Part shown: positions 1-9,135 of the stretch, piece by piece
Position numbering within the stretch: the first letter of the stretch is position 1
Layout: each line of letters begins with the position of its first letter
DNA from: Gemmatimonadota bacterium
GTDB taxonomy: Bacteria > Gemmatimonadota > Gemmatimonadetes > Gemmatimonadales > GWC2-71-9
DNA: 64,000 nucleotides
Direction: 5' to 3'
NCBI GenBank assembly: GCA_022562295.1
Contig: JADFPO010000001.1
Coordinates: forward strand, 13,112 to 77,111
Made by a program: the position numbers and the translations under genes
The notes under the pieces: model-generated
Told to the model about the DNA's origin: nothing
Databases searched by the model: none
The model's input: only the letters and a program-made list of their open reading frames with translations

Positions 1-2296
1 CCACGCCTTGTGCCTGCGCTGTTTCATTTCGTTGCCGAAGGAGTTGCAGTATCCATCTCGCGCTCCCACGCAGCTCAGGTGTTCCGGCGTCGGGCGAGGC
101 ATAACGCTGGAGCTGACGCGTTACGCTATCCAGATCGACGGTCGCCGCCGCGGGGTCGAACATACTGTTCACAGCTTCCAATTGGGCCACGAACAGCGGG
201 AAGCCATCTTCACCTGGATAGTCTCGTTGGAAAACGCTCCCCCGCTCGCGAGCGGCGTCCATGCGTCCCATGGCGAAGAAGCCAAGCAGTTGGCCGGTCA
301 ACCCCGAGCGCCGGAGCTCGGGGCGGCCTCGAATGTTCGTGAATACTTCCCCTATTTCAACGGCTCCTTCGGGCACATCGAACGAGGGCAACAGTCGTTG
401 CGCTAACGGAAGCCACGGGTGGTTGATGAACTGCTGCAATCCTCGAGCAGGAGCACTCTCCCCAAAGCGATAGCCGAACCCAGTATCCAGCATCAAGGCC
501 ATAACGGTGGAGAATTCATCCAGCGGCTCCGGAACCATCTCGAGCGCGTGCGCGGCATTGACCCTGTCACCTTCGGCGATGTAGATCCAAGCCAGCTCCC
601 ACCAGATCGGCGCAAACTCGGGGCGCAACTTCGCGGCCGCCTCCAGCGATGTCGCGGCACGGACACGTAGCAATCCGTGAAGGGGACCACGGTTGAATTC
701 CTCTTCTCCACGGAGAAACCAGGAGTAGTAGTATTGCTCCCACTCCTCGGTCGCGATACGCAGGGTGTCGAGCCGGTCGGTCAGTTCGAGACGCGCCTGA
801 ATCAGGCGCCTGAAGTGAGGGGGGAACAGGCGAAGGTTGTCGAGAACCCGATGCCGGTTCACCGAATCGATGGGTCGGGTGAACAGCCAACGATTCACTT
901 CCCCGATACGCCAGGAACACAGGAAACAAGTCGAATCGATATCTATCGCGACATGAAACGCCACTTGCGCCTCCGACCACTGGCCTCGGTTCAACAATCG
1001 TTCCGCTCGTAACCAAGCGTCGAAACCACGCGGCGTGACGGGCAGCGCCTCCCGTGGAAGCCAGCGGGCCAGCGGGCTTTGATCGCTCCACAATTTCACG
1101 ATCGTGCGGTTGGCGACGGTGTCGGCGACCGATTCCCAGTCGGCACCAGAGTACAGCACTTCAATCGACCTGCGCCGTCCGAACCTGCTCTCGGACCACA
1201 CCTGCAGCGACACACCCGAGCCGTCAGACGAAACGACCCCGTGCAAATCGACTCCGGCCTGCTCCTCGGCAAATGCATCTCGCGGAAGGACCCGAAATTC
1301 CGACACCAGTCGGAGCGATCGCTCCAGCCGATGGGATAGTGAGTCCGCCAGCCAAGGGCGCTCTGCATCGCTCGTCTGTTCAAAAGGGTGAAGACGGATG
1401 GCCAGGCTTCCGGGCGGCGGCGACCTAGGTGCTCGATCTCCGACGACGGACAATGCCGCCACCCCCGCCACAAACCCAAACGCCACCAGCCCAGCAGCGC
1501 GCAAACGGTACTGGTACACGCGAGTGAGCCAGAGACGTCGCCTGAACGTCTCAGCGTTGGGCCACCGGTCCCCGGGCTCGATCGCGAGAGCCTTGCGGAA
1601 TACCCGAGCGAAGTACCAGGGAACCCCACTCCATAGGCTGTCGTCGGGGTCCTCCCCGCTGATCCATTGTCGACATGTCAGTGCTTCGTAGAGCACCATG
1701 CCGACTGCATAGATGTCAGTTCGTGGCGTTGACCGCTGGCTGCCTTGTTCCGGAGGCATGTAGGCTGGTGTGCCCCCTTGGCGAGCACCCGCGGTCGGCT
1801 CCGAGCTGTCAGGTGAGGGCTCCGCGATGCCGAAATCAACGAGGATCGCCCTTCCATCACGGAAAAACACGTTCGCCGGTTTGATATCCCGATGCACGAT
1901 GCCGGCTTTGTGAACGCGCTCCAGAGCGTCCAGCAGATCTCGTCCGAGCTTTCGCGTTTCCTTGCGGCTCAACGGACCGCGCTCGAGGCAATCCGCGAGC
2001 GTCTCATCCTCGATGTAGTCCATCACGTAGTAGAACAGACCGTCGTTTTCATCGACGTCGTGAACGGGAACGATGTGGGGATGACTCAAGCCTCGCAGCG
2101 TGCGAGCCTCCTGCAGGAACCGATCTGCCCGCTCCGCCGTGGCGAGTTCGGGAAGCAAGACCTTGATGGCTACAAGGGACTGCAGGCGCGTGTCCTGGGC
2201 CAGAAACACGGCGCCCATACCACCGCGCGCAAGCTCGTGCAAGATCTTGTAGCGGGGGGCTAGGGCTTCGCTGAGTCTGTCGAGCAGAGAACCCAT
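1..2296 (-). CDS. Ser/Thr protein kinase with long non-catalytic C-terminal region (partial; 3' end runs off the window)
   Basis: Absent from the ORF track because it has no stop inside the window. I translated the minus strand from the ATG at 2296 (preceded by an in-frame TAA). By hand, no plus-strand TTA/CTA/TCA lies in register down to position 2. It reads MGSLLDRLSEALAPRYKILHELARGGMGAVFLAQD..VAIKVL..GIVHRDIKPANVFF..ILVDFGIA, which covers the G-loop, VAIK, HRDxKxxN and DFG motifs. Plus ORFs 8..406, 419..670, 677..1012, 1079..1339, 1388..1636 and 1892..2263 are same-register antisense shadows. Confidence 0.8.
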   Translation of the reverse strand, partial: MGSLLDRLSEALAPRYKILHELARGGMGAVFLAQDTRLQSLVAIKVLLPELATAERADRFLQEARTLRGLSHPHIVPVHDVDENDGLFYYVMDYIEDETLADCLERGPLSRKETRKLGRDLLDALERVHKAGIVHRDIKPANVFFRDGRAILVDFGIAEPSPDSSEPTAGARQGGTPAYMPPEQGSQRSTPRTDIYAVGMVLYEALTCRQWISGEDPDDSLWSGVPWYFARVFRKALAIEPGDRWPNAETFRRRLWLTRVYQYRLRAAGLVAFGFVAGVAALSVVGDRAPRSPPPGSLAIRLHPFEQTSDAERPWLADSLSHRLERSLRLVSEFRVLPRDAFAEEQAGVDLHGVVSSDGSGVSLQVWSESRFGRRRSIEVLYSGADWESVADTVANRTIVKLWSDQSPLARWLPREALPVTPRGFDAWLRAERLLNRGQWSEAQVAFHVAIDIDSTCFLCSWRIGEVNRWLFTRPIDSVNRHRVLDNLRLFPPHFRRLIQARLELTDRLDTLRIATEEWEQYYYSWFLRGEEEFNRGPLHGLLRVRAATSLEAAAKLRPEFAPIWWELAWIYIAEGDRVNAAHALEMVPEPLDEFSTVMALMLDTGFGYRFGESAPARGLQQFINHPWLPLAQRLLPSFDVPEGAVEIGEVFTNIRGRPELRRSGLTGQLLGFFAMGRMDAARERGSVFQRDYPGEDGFPLFVAQLEAVNSMFDPAAATVDLDSVTRQLQRYASPDAGTPELRGSARWILQLLRQRNETAQAQGV

Positions 2297-2306
2297 CCGG
2301 CGTTAC

Positions 2307-3107
2307 CTAGTCGACGGGTTTTCCGCGCAGACGTCTGAGGGCCGCGTATTGATCGCGGATGCGCTCCATGACGCGGTCGACCAGATCCTGCGACGTTTGC
2401 TTCGTTCTCGGCATGTCGAGGTAATCGGAGTACTCGACCGGCGCTCCGTAGTACACGTAGATGTGCTTGAACATCCGTGGCCACACGGCACCGATCGGCA
2501 GTACTTCATCCATCCCATCGATGGCGACCGGAATCACCTTGGGGTGTGCCGACAGCATGATGAGGCCCGCACCGGAGCGGCCGCGCCCTACTTTGTGCGC
2601 GCGCATCCGCGTGCCTTCGGGAAACAGCGTCATCACGCCCCTTGGAAAGACCTTGATCATGCGGCGCAGCGCCTGCAAATCGCGGCGGCCCTCACGGATC
2701 GGAATACAGCGCCAGAGGTCCGAGAACCACGACAACACCGGATTCCTGTAAAAGTTCTCCACCGCTGCAGGATTCCAAGGGATGAGATATGGCCTCCACC
2801 ACGAGTGGGGATAGTAGGCCATCACGCCCACGACGAAACTGTCAATCATCGTCTGGTGGTTCGACAGTAACAACGTGTTGCGATCGTAGCCCACATTCGA
2901 CCGCCCGATGACGGTGGTTCGATTCAGCACGCGGAACCACAGCCACACCAGAGTGACCGTCACGTTGGTAACGAGGTAACTGGCCAGCGGGTGGAGCAGC
3001 TTGAAGAACCGCCCCCGCACTGGCGCCCGCAGCTCCGGGCCCGATGTCGTACTGTCTTCGGAAATGCCGGCCGACTCCGAGCCCGACATCGATCTAGTCG
3101 CAGTCAT
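2307..3107 (-). CDS. plsC: 1-acyl-sn-glycerol-3-phosphate (lysophospholipid) acyltransferase family protein
   Basis: 266-aa ORF with acyltransferase motifs NHQTMIDS (HX4D) and FPEGTR. It ends 10 nt upstream of the kinase ATG on the same strand. Confidence 0.8.
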   Translation of the reverse strand: MTATRSMSGSESAGISEDSTTSGPELRAPVRGRFFKLLHPLASYLVTNVTVTLVWLWFRVLNRTTVIGRSNVGYDRNTLLLSNHQTMIDSFVVGVMAYYPHSWWRPYLIPWNPAAVENFYRNPVLSWFSDLWRCIPIREGRRDLQALRRMIKVFPRGVMTLFPEGTRMRAHKVGRGRSGAGLIMLSAHPKVIPVAIDGMDEVLPIGAVWPRMFKHIYVYYGAPVEYSDYLDMPRTKQTSQDLVDRVMERIRDQYAALRRLRGKPVD

Positions 3108-3126
3108 GCCCCACTGTCGTCGCGCA

Positions 3127-3804
3127 TCATTGCGCGCCGACGGAGGTGACCTGCTCCGCTTCGCGCTTGCGCCAGTCCGCCAAGAATCGCTCGATGCCGG
3201 CGTCCGTCAGCGGATGTTTCATGCTCAGCTGCAACACATTGAACGGAACGGTGGCGATGTCGGCGCCCGCTTGCGCGACCTCGATGATATGCCGCGGGTG
3301 TCGAATCGAAGCCGCCAGCACCTGCGTGTCGATCTCCGGATCCATAGTGTAGAGTTGGACGATGTCATGGATCAATTCCACACCAGGCTCGGAGATGTCG
3401 TCGAGACGGCCGACGAACGGCGATACGACGAACGCGCCGGCGCGCGCCGCCAGCAACGCCTGGTTGGCGTTGAAACAGAGCGTCACGTTCGTACGGATGT
3501 CGTCCTGCTTGAGGCGCGAGACGGCCTTGAGACCTTCAATCGTCGAGGGAACCTTGACGATGACGTTCGGGTGCCACGCGGCGTAGGTTTTCCCCTCCCG
3601 CACCATGCCGTCAGCATCCTCGGAGATGGTTTCCGCACTGATCGGGCCGTCCACGAGACGCGTGATCTCGAGGATGGTTTCTTCGAAGTCCACCCCCTGC
3701 TCCCGTGCCAACAGGCTCGGATTGGTCGTGACGCCACTGAGAATGCCCCAACTGGCCGCTTCCTCGATTTCCCGAAGGTTCGCGGTATCTAGGAAGATCT
3801 TCAC
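3127..3804 (-). CDS. tal: Short-type transaldolase / fructose-6-phosphate aldolase family
   Basis: 225 aa: [39 protein letters not shown]. Length and motifs fit the ~220-aa transaldolase subfamily. Confidence 0.9.
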   Translation of the reverse strand: MKIFLDTANLREIEEAASWGILSGVTTNPSLLAREQGVDFEETILEITRLVDGPISAETISEDADGMVREGKTYAAWHPNVIVKVPSTIEGLKAVSRLKQDDIRTNVTLCFNANQALLAARAGAFVVSPFVGRLDDISEPGVELIHDIVQLYTMDPEIDTQVLAASIRHPRHIIEVAQAGADIATVPFNVLQLSMKHPLTDAGIERFLADWRKREAEQVTSVGAQ

Positions 3805-3989
3805 TGTGCCTCCAGATGTGTGGTGTGTGCCGCGAGCCCTGTGCGGGAACCGCCGCCAACCAATCGCTCGTCGTCAACAGCCAATAGCTAACAGCTAAGC
3901 TCGTAGCTGGCCATCGCCAGCAACCTACGACCAGACCGGGCCGCGGGCTACTCTCACGGCGCCGTGAACTTACGCTCCAAGAACCGGCC

Positions 3990-4019
3990 TTGACGGTCTG
4001 AAAACCGCCTGTCTATATT
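3990..4019 (+). promoter_or_regulatory. Candidate sigma70-type promoter of the iron ABC operon
   Basis: TTGACG (3990-3995), an 18-nt spacer, then TATATT (4014-4019), about 90 nt upstream of the ATG at 4109. Confidence 0.4.
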
Positions 4020-4036
4020 CCGTGTACCAGCTAATT

Positions 4037-4055
4037 GAAGTTGATTCTCATTCGC
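4037..4055 (+). promoter_or_regulatory. Fur-box-like site
   Basis: GAAGTTGATTCTCATTCGC matches 12/19 positions of the GATAATGATAATCATTATC consensus by hand alignment. It lies just downstream of the putative -10, ahead of an Fe(3+) transporter operon. Confidence 0.3.
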
Positions 4056-4108
4056 AACCATCAGATTCGCTGTCGGCAGCGAGACCGTCCGTGTGAGCCA
4101 ATAAACCC

Positions 4109-5152
4109 ATGAAAATACACCGCTTGCATACCCGATCAGCGCTCGGCACCGCTGCCACCGCAGTGGTCGTTATCCTAACCGCGGCGTGCGGCCGTTCGGA
4201 AGCGCGTTCCAATATCGTAAACGTGTACTCCACGAGGCATTACGGGGCCATGGAGCCGATGTACGCCGCGTTTACCGAGGAGACGGGGATCCGGGTGCGC
4301 GTCTCTCACGGCGGGATGCATGCGTTGCTCGAACGCCTCAAGGCCGAGGGCGAACGCACCGTGGCCGACGCTTTCTTTGCCGTGGATGCCGGCGGACTCT
4401 GGCTCGCGGCCAACGAGGGCCTGTTGCAGCGAGTCGAGTCTGAGACCATCAACGCCAATATTCCCGCCGAGCTGCGTGATCCGGAAGGCCGGTTCTTTGC
4501 CCTGAGCCAACGCATCCGATCGATTGCGTACATGCCTGGGCGCGTGGATCCGTCGGAACTCTCCAGCTACGAGGCCCTGGCGGATCGCAAGTGGAGAGGA
4601 CGGCTCTGCATGCGGCCGTCGACTAACGTGTACACGCAATCGCTCGTGGCGAGTTTGATCGCGGCCCACGGCGAGGAGAAGGCCGAGCAGATCGTGCGAG
4701 GGTGGGTCGCCAACCAACCCGAGTACATCGACAGCGACACGCGCATCCTTCAGACGATTGCGGCCGGAGGATGTGACGTCGGTGTGACGAACCACTACTA
4801 CCTTGGACGGCTCATCGATCAGGATCCCGACTTCCCCGTCAAGATGTTCTGGGCAAATCAGGACGGTCGAGGCGTCCACCGCAACGTGTCGGGCATCGGC
4901 GTGACCGCGGCGGCGGCAAACCGTCAGAACGCCATCCGACTCATCGAATGGCTCAGCGACCGAGCCGGGCAGGCCCCGGACGCAACCGGTCTGCCAGGCA
5001 GCAACTTCGAGTTCCCCGTCAACAGCACGGTCGACGCGCACCCCATCATCGCAGGATTCGGCGCCTGGCGGGCGGACCCAATGCCGCTCGGTGAGTACGG
5101 ACGCCACCAGGCCGACGCTATCCAGCTCATGGAGCGCGCCGGATACCGGTAG
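4109..5152 (+). CDS. Fe(3+) ABC transporter substrate-binding lipoprotein (FbpA/AfuA-like)
   Basis: 347 aa with signal plus lipobox-like VVILTAAC. The mature N-terminus NVYSTRHYGAMEPMYAAFTEETGIRV is typical of ferric-iron binding proteins. First gene of an SBP-permease-ATPase set. Confidence 0.8.
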   Translation: MKIHRLHTRSALGTAATAVVVILTAACGRSEARSNIVNVYSTRHYGAMEPMYAAFTEETGIRVRVSHGGMHALLERLKAEGERTVADAFFAVDAGGLWLAANEGLLQRVESETINANIPAELRDPEGRFFALSQRIRSIAYMPGRVDPSELSSYEALADRKWRGRLCMRPSTNVYTQSLVASLIAAHGEEKAEQIVRGWVANQPEYIDSDTRILQTIAAGGCDVGVTNHYYLGRLIDQDPDFPVKMFWANQDGRGVHRNVSGIGVTAAAANRQNAIRLIEWLSDRAGQAPDATGLPGSNFEFPVNSTVDAHPIIAGFGAWRADPMPLGEYGRHQADAIQLMERAGYR

Positions 5153-5184
5153 TCCGTCCGCAAGACGCAACCTCGTTACGTAAC

Positions 5185-6882
5185 GTGTCACGCATGTCAG
5201 CGCGCGCAACTGCACGCCCGTTTCCCACCGCGCGCAGCGTATTGGGGAACCTTCTCCCCCTGCTTGTTGCCGGCCTCGTTATCGTGCCGATGGGGTTGCT
5301 GCTGGTCCGGTTGCTGCATCCGACCACCGCCGTGTGGATCCAACTCTGGGAGACAATTCTCCCACTCATGATCCGCAACACTTTTCTCCTCATGATGGGC
5401 GTTGGCGTGATCACGTTTTCATTGGGAAGCGGATTGGCCTGGCTCGTAACGGTGTACCGGTTTCCTGGCCAGCGGTTTTTCGACTGGGCACTCGTGTTGC
5501 CGCTGGCGGTGCCAACGTACGTGATGGGGTTCGTCTATATGGCCACGTTCGATTTTGCGGGGCCCGTCCAAACCACGTTGCGCGCATGGTTCGGTGCAGA
5601 TCTGGTGTTCCCGAACATCCGATCCGGCACCGGTGCGATTCTGGTCATGGGACTCACGCTCTATCCCTACGTCTACTTTCTCGCCCGAGCGGCGTTCCGA
5701 GAGCAATCATCGTTGACGTTCGACGCAGCACGCGCGATGGGGTACTCGCACACGCGAACCTTCTTGAAGCTCGTCCTTCCCATGGCACGTCCGTCTCTCG
5801 TTGCGGGAGTGACGTTGGCGTCGCTCGAAGCGATGACGGACTTCGCGACGGTGCGGTTCTTCAACTTCCCGACCATAAGCGAGGGCATCGTGCACGTGTG
5901 GCAGGGCATGATGAACCGGGATGCGGCGATCGAGCTTGCCGCAGTGTTTCTCCTCGTAGCCCTCGGACTCGTGATGCTCGAGCGCGCCTTGCGCGGCCGG
6001 TCCCGTTATTACCAGCACGGGGCAAGAGATGGGCGCACGGGCGGGCGCATTACCCCTGTCGTGCTTGGCGGATGGCGGCGATGGGCAGCGACGGGTGCGT
6101 GCTTCCTCGTGTTCGCTGCTGCGTTCGCCCTGCCGGCGGCGCGTCTCGTACTATGGACGGTTGGCGATCTGTCTCGAGCGGCGACGGCCACAGCCCTGAG
6201 GACCGTGTACACAGGTTACGTTCTCCGCACGTTTGGATTGGCGGCCGTGGCGGCCGTGGTGGCGGTTGGATTGGCCCTGGTGCTGGCGCAGAACGCCCGC
6301 CTACCCGAGCACAAGATGGGTCGGATAACGGCTCGACTCGCCACCATGGGCTACGCGGTGCCCGGAGCGGTGATCGCGGCGGGCGTGCTGATCACCTTGG
6401 CTGGAGTGGATCGAAGCATCGCCACAGCGGCCAGGTGGATTGGTTTCAATTCAAGTCTGCTGCTGACGGCGTCGATCGTCGGGTTGATCTATGCGTATGT
6501 CGTCCGTTTCATGGCAGTCGCATACAACAGCGTGGAGTCGAGCATGGATAAAGTGACTCCGCAGATGGATATGGCGGCCCGAACCCTCGGCGCCAGTCCG
6601 CGCCAGGTGCTTTGGAGGATACACCTGCCGATGGTGAAGATCGGATTGGCGGCCGGAGCCGCCCTGGTGTTCGTGGACGTGATGAAGGAACTTCCGGCGA
6701 CCATCTTGTTGATGCCTTTCGGGATGGAAACCTTGTCGGTTTGGACGTACATGCTCGCTGCCGAGTCACTGTGGGAGTCGGCGGCGCTACCTGCACTCAC
6801 GATCGTCGTGGTAGGGTTGCTCCCGGTCCTCCTCTTGATGCGAGTCGGCCGCCTGACGACAGCGGAAGGACATTCGGCATGA
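5185..6882 (+). CDS. Iron ABC transporter permease (fused double-domain, FbpB-like)
   Basis: 565-aa highly hydrophobic multi-pass protein between the SBP and the ATPase. Its stop overlaps the next start (ATGA at 6879-6882). Confidence 0.85.
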   Translation: MSRMSARATARPFPTARSVLGNLLPLLVAGLVIVPMGLLLVRLLHPTTAVWIQLWETILPLMIRNTFLLMMGVGVITFSLGSGLAWLVTVYRFPGQRFFDWALVLPLAVPTYVMGFVYMATFDFAGPVQTTLRAWFGADLVFPNIRSGTGAILVMGLTLYPYVYFLARAAFREQSSLTFDAARAMGYSHTRTFLKLVLPMARPSLVAGVTLASLEAMTDFATVRFFNFPTISEGIVHVWQGMMNRDAAIELAAVFLLVALGLVMLERALRGRSRYYQHGARDGRTGGRITPVVLGGWRRWAATGACFLVFAAAFALPAARLVLWTVGDLSRAATATALRTVYTGYVLRTFGLAAVAAVVAVGLALVLAQNARLPEHKMGRITARLATMGYAVPGAVIAAGVLITLAGVDRSIATAARWIGFNSSLLLTASIVGLIYAYVVRFMAVAYNSVESSMDKVTPQMDMAARTLGASPRQVLWRIHLPMVKIGLAAGAALVFVDVMKELPATILLMPFGMETLSVWTYMLAAESLWESAALPALTIVVVGLLPVLLLMRVGRLTTAEGHSA

Positions 6883-7955
6883 CCGAGTCTGTGGACCGCG
6901 TGTCACAGAAGGTCATCTCGCTGGTCGGCGTCACCAAGCGTTACGGCGACGTCACCGCAGCACACGACGTCACATTCGATGTGTACGCGGGAGAGTTTCT
7001 CGTGCTGCTGGGTCCGAGCGGTTGCGGAAAGTCCACTCTGCTACGGCTGCTGTGTGGCTTAGACTCTGTCGACGCCGGCCGCATCGAACGGAACGGAACC
7101 GTGTTGAGCGGCGAGTCCGTCTGCGTTCCACCGGAAGCGAGAGGCATCAGCCTCGTGTTTCAAGACAATGCACTGTTCCCACACATGACGGTGTGGAATA
7201 ACGTCGCGTTCGGATTGGCCAACCAGCCGAAGGAGGCTGTAGCTGAACGCGTGGCAGAAATGCTGGACCTGGTACGCCTGCGCGACGTGGCAACCCGCTA
7301 CCCGCACGAACTGTCCGGTGGACAGCAACAGCGTGTGGCACTCGCACGCGCCCTCGCGCCCAAGCCCTCGATAGTCCTGCTCGATGAGCCTTTCTCCGAT
7401 CTCGACCGAAGCCTCCGGATCGGGTTGCGAGAGGAGGTGCGCGCGGTGCTCAGGTCCACCGGCACGGCGGCGATCCTGGTCACACACGACCAAGAGGAGG
7501 CCCTCGCCCTCGGTGATCGGATTGCCGTACAGAACGACGGTCGCATCGAGCAAGTCGCCACTCCGGAAGCGCTGTTTGGCAATCCGGCGTCGAGGTTCGT
7601 CGCCGAATTTATCGGAGCGACCGACTTTCTCGCCGGCGAGATTGCATCCAACGGTATCCTCACCGAAATCGGAGCGTTGCAGCAAGAGACGGATGCGCCG
7701 ATCGGCACCGCCGTGGAGGTCGCCGTTCGACCCGACGACGTGACGCTCAGCCCCGACCCTGCGGCCGCAGCAACCGTCGTCTCGCGCTCCTTCAATGGCA
7801 TGTCGAACGTGTATCGGATAAGACTGCCATCCGGAGCGTTCGTTCACAGCCTGCAGCCACACACCCTGAGCCTCGCGGACGGCACTGCTGTGCGTGTCAA
7901 GGTGGAACCGGGGCACAAACTCGCATATTTCCCCAACCACGGAGGATCGCGTTAG
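6879..7955 (+). CDS. Iron ABC transporter ATP-binding protein (FbpC-like)
   Basis: Track ORF 6612..7955 trimmed to the in-frame ATG at 6879 (MTESVDRVSQKVISLVGVTKRYG). Walker A GPSGCGKS, signature LSGGQQQRVALARAL, Walker B IVLLDEPFS. Confidence 0.9.
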   Translation: MTESVDRVSQKVISLVGVTKRYGDVTAAHDVTFDVYAGEFLVLLGPSGCGKSTLLRLLCGLDSVDAGRIERNGTVLSGESVCVPPEARGISLVFQDNALFPHMTVWNNVAFGLANQPKEAVAERVAEMLDLVRLRDVATRYPHELSGGQQQRVALARALAPKPSIVLLDEPFSDLDRSLRIGLREEVRAVLRSTGTAAILVTHDQEEALALGDRIAVQNDGRIEQVATPEALFGNPASRFVAEFIGATDFLAGEIASNGILTEIGALQQETDAPIGTAVEVAVRPDDVTLSPDPAAAATVVSRSFNGMSNVYRIRLPSGAFVHSLQPHTLSLADGTAVRVKVEPGHKLAYFPNHGGSR

Positions 7956-8037
7956 GCTGGCCCGCTGCCCGCCGTTGTGAGCCGCCTTCATCGCGGCTTC
8001 ACCGACGGGTCAACCCCCATCCCCTATCCCCTGTTAC

Positions 8038-9039
8038 CTATCCCCTACCCACCTCTCTCAACGCCATCCCGAACTCTTCCGCCGTAGAGAAGCGATCTTC
8101 CGGCTTCCACTCGAGCGCCGTTGCCAGAGCCCTCTCTACTTCCGCACTCACTTCGTCTCGAACGTCGCGGATGGCCGGTATGGGATCGGCGAGGCGTCGC
8201 ACGACGATCGCACGAGGGCTCGATGGAATGAAGGGCGGCGCGCCGGCCAGCATTTCATAGATGACGCAGGCCAGCGAGTAGATGTCCGTGCGGGCATCGA
8301 GGTGATACCGCGCCATGGCCTGTTCCGGGCTCATGTACGTCGGCGTCCCGAGGATCTCTCCGGGCGTCGTCAGCCGCTCGTCGATCGACTCCTTGATCGC
8401 GACGGCCACACCAAAATCGGCTATCATCGCGCGACTTCCCTCGAACAGCACGTTGTCGGGCTTGATGTCCCGATGGATGATCCCGTAGCCGTGGGCGCAG
8501 GCCAGTGCATCGGCGAGCTGCCACCCAATGGCCACCGCCTCGCCAACGTCGAGCTGCCCCTCCCGGTCCAACCGTCCTCTCAACGAATCGCCGCTCAGAT
8601 ACGGCATCACGAGAAACGGAAGCCCCTCGACTTCTCCGCCGTCGAAGATTGGCACGATATGGGGATGGACGAGCTTTCCACCAACACCCATCTCCCTGTG
8701 GAATCGCTCTCGCATGATCCGCGACGCCACCCCTTCCGCCAAAACCTTCAACGCCACCTGATCGCCGGTCTGGCGATCGACCGCGAGGAAAACGGTTGCC
8801 ATACCGCCCTTGCCCAGCGATCGCTCGACGTCGTAGCGATCCGCGAGACCCTGGCGGATGCGATCGATCAACTTCCTCACGATGGATGCGGCCCTGTCGA
8901 TGTCATGGCGGGAGAATATAGTTCCATCCTCGGACGGTCGTACAGCTGGGATGGTCTTTGTGGGAACTGGAGCCGGCTCGGAGGTTTTCCCGGCGGGGGG
9001 GGGGTGTGGATTTCGGAACTGATTGGACGATCGAAGCAA
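8038..9039 (-). CDS. Ser/Thr protein kinase, catalytic domain only (no TM or sensor region)
   Basis: 333 aa: GKGGMATVFLAVD..VALKVL..HRDIKPDNVLF..IADFGVA..GTPTYMSPEQ. It lies 96 nt downstream of the surface-protein operon on the same strand. Confidence 0.85.
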   Translation of the reverse strand: MLRSSNQFRNPHPPPAGKTSEPAPVPTKTIPAVRPSEDGTIFSRHDIDRAASIVRKLIDRIRQGLADRYDVERSLGKGGMATVFLAVDRQTGDQVALKVLAEGVASRIMRERFHREMGVGGKLVHPHIVPIFDGGEVEGLPFLVMPYLSGDSLRGRLDREGQLDVGEAVAIGWQLADALACAHGYGIIHRDIKPDNVLFEGSRAMIADFGVAVAIKESIDERLTTPGEILGTPTYMSPEQAMARYHLDARTDIYSLACVIYEMLAGAPPFIPSSPRAIVVRRLADPIPAIRDVRDEVSAEVERALATALEWKPEDRFSTAEEFGMALREVGRG

Positions 9040-9135
9040 CCACGCTCGCTTGGTCTCCAGGCCTCACAGCTGAGCCATGGACACACAAACTCCGCCCCAC
9101 GATGTACGAGGGTGCTGGGTAATGCGCGCGATGCG

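Noticed and set aside
1-1700. Cluster of 80-180-aa ORFs on both strands at the window start (8..406, 567..1091, 1096..1629 and others)
   Set aside because: All are explained as shadows of one long minus-strand frame, the kinase C-terminal region. I verified by hand that this frame is free of stops from 2296 to position 2.
6612-6878. Upstream extensions of track ORFs (6612 for the ABC ATPase; likewise 40975 tyrS, 45816..47582 REC-PglZ, 50892 ruvB, 54914 fmt, 57582 rsmB, 59137 rpe, 61825 tsaD, 30094..31287 mpg)
   Set aside because: The extensions overlap the preceding gene out of frame and are Arg/Pro-rich. Family-typical N-termini begin at internal ATG/GTG codons, which usually overlap the previous stop.
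7956-8037. Possible bidirectional terminator (AGCCGC..GCGGCT) between the convergent ABC ATPase and kinase genes
   Set aside because: A 6-bp stem with a 7-nt loop and no flanking T/A runs is not distinguishable from chance in GC-rich DNA.
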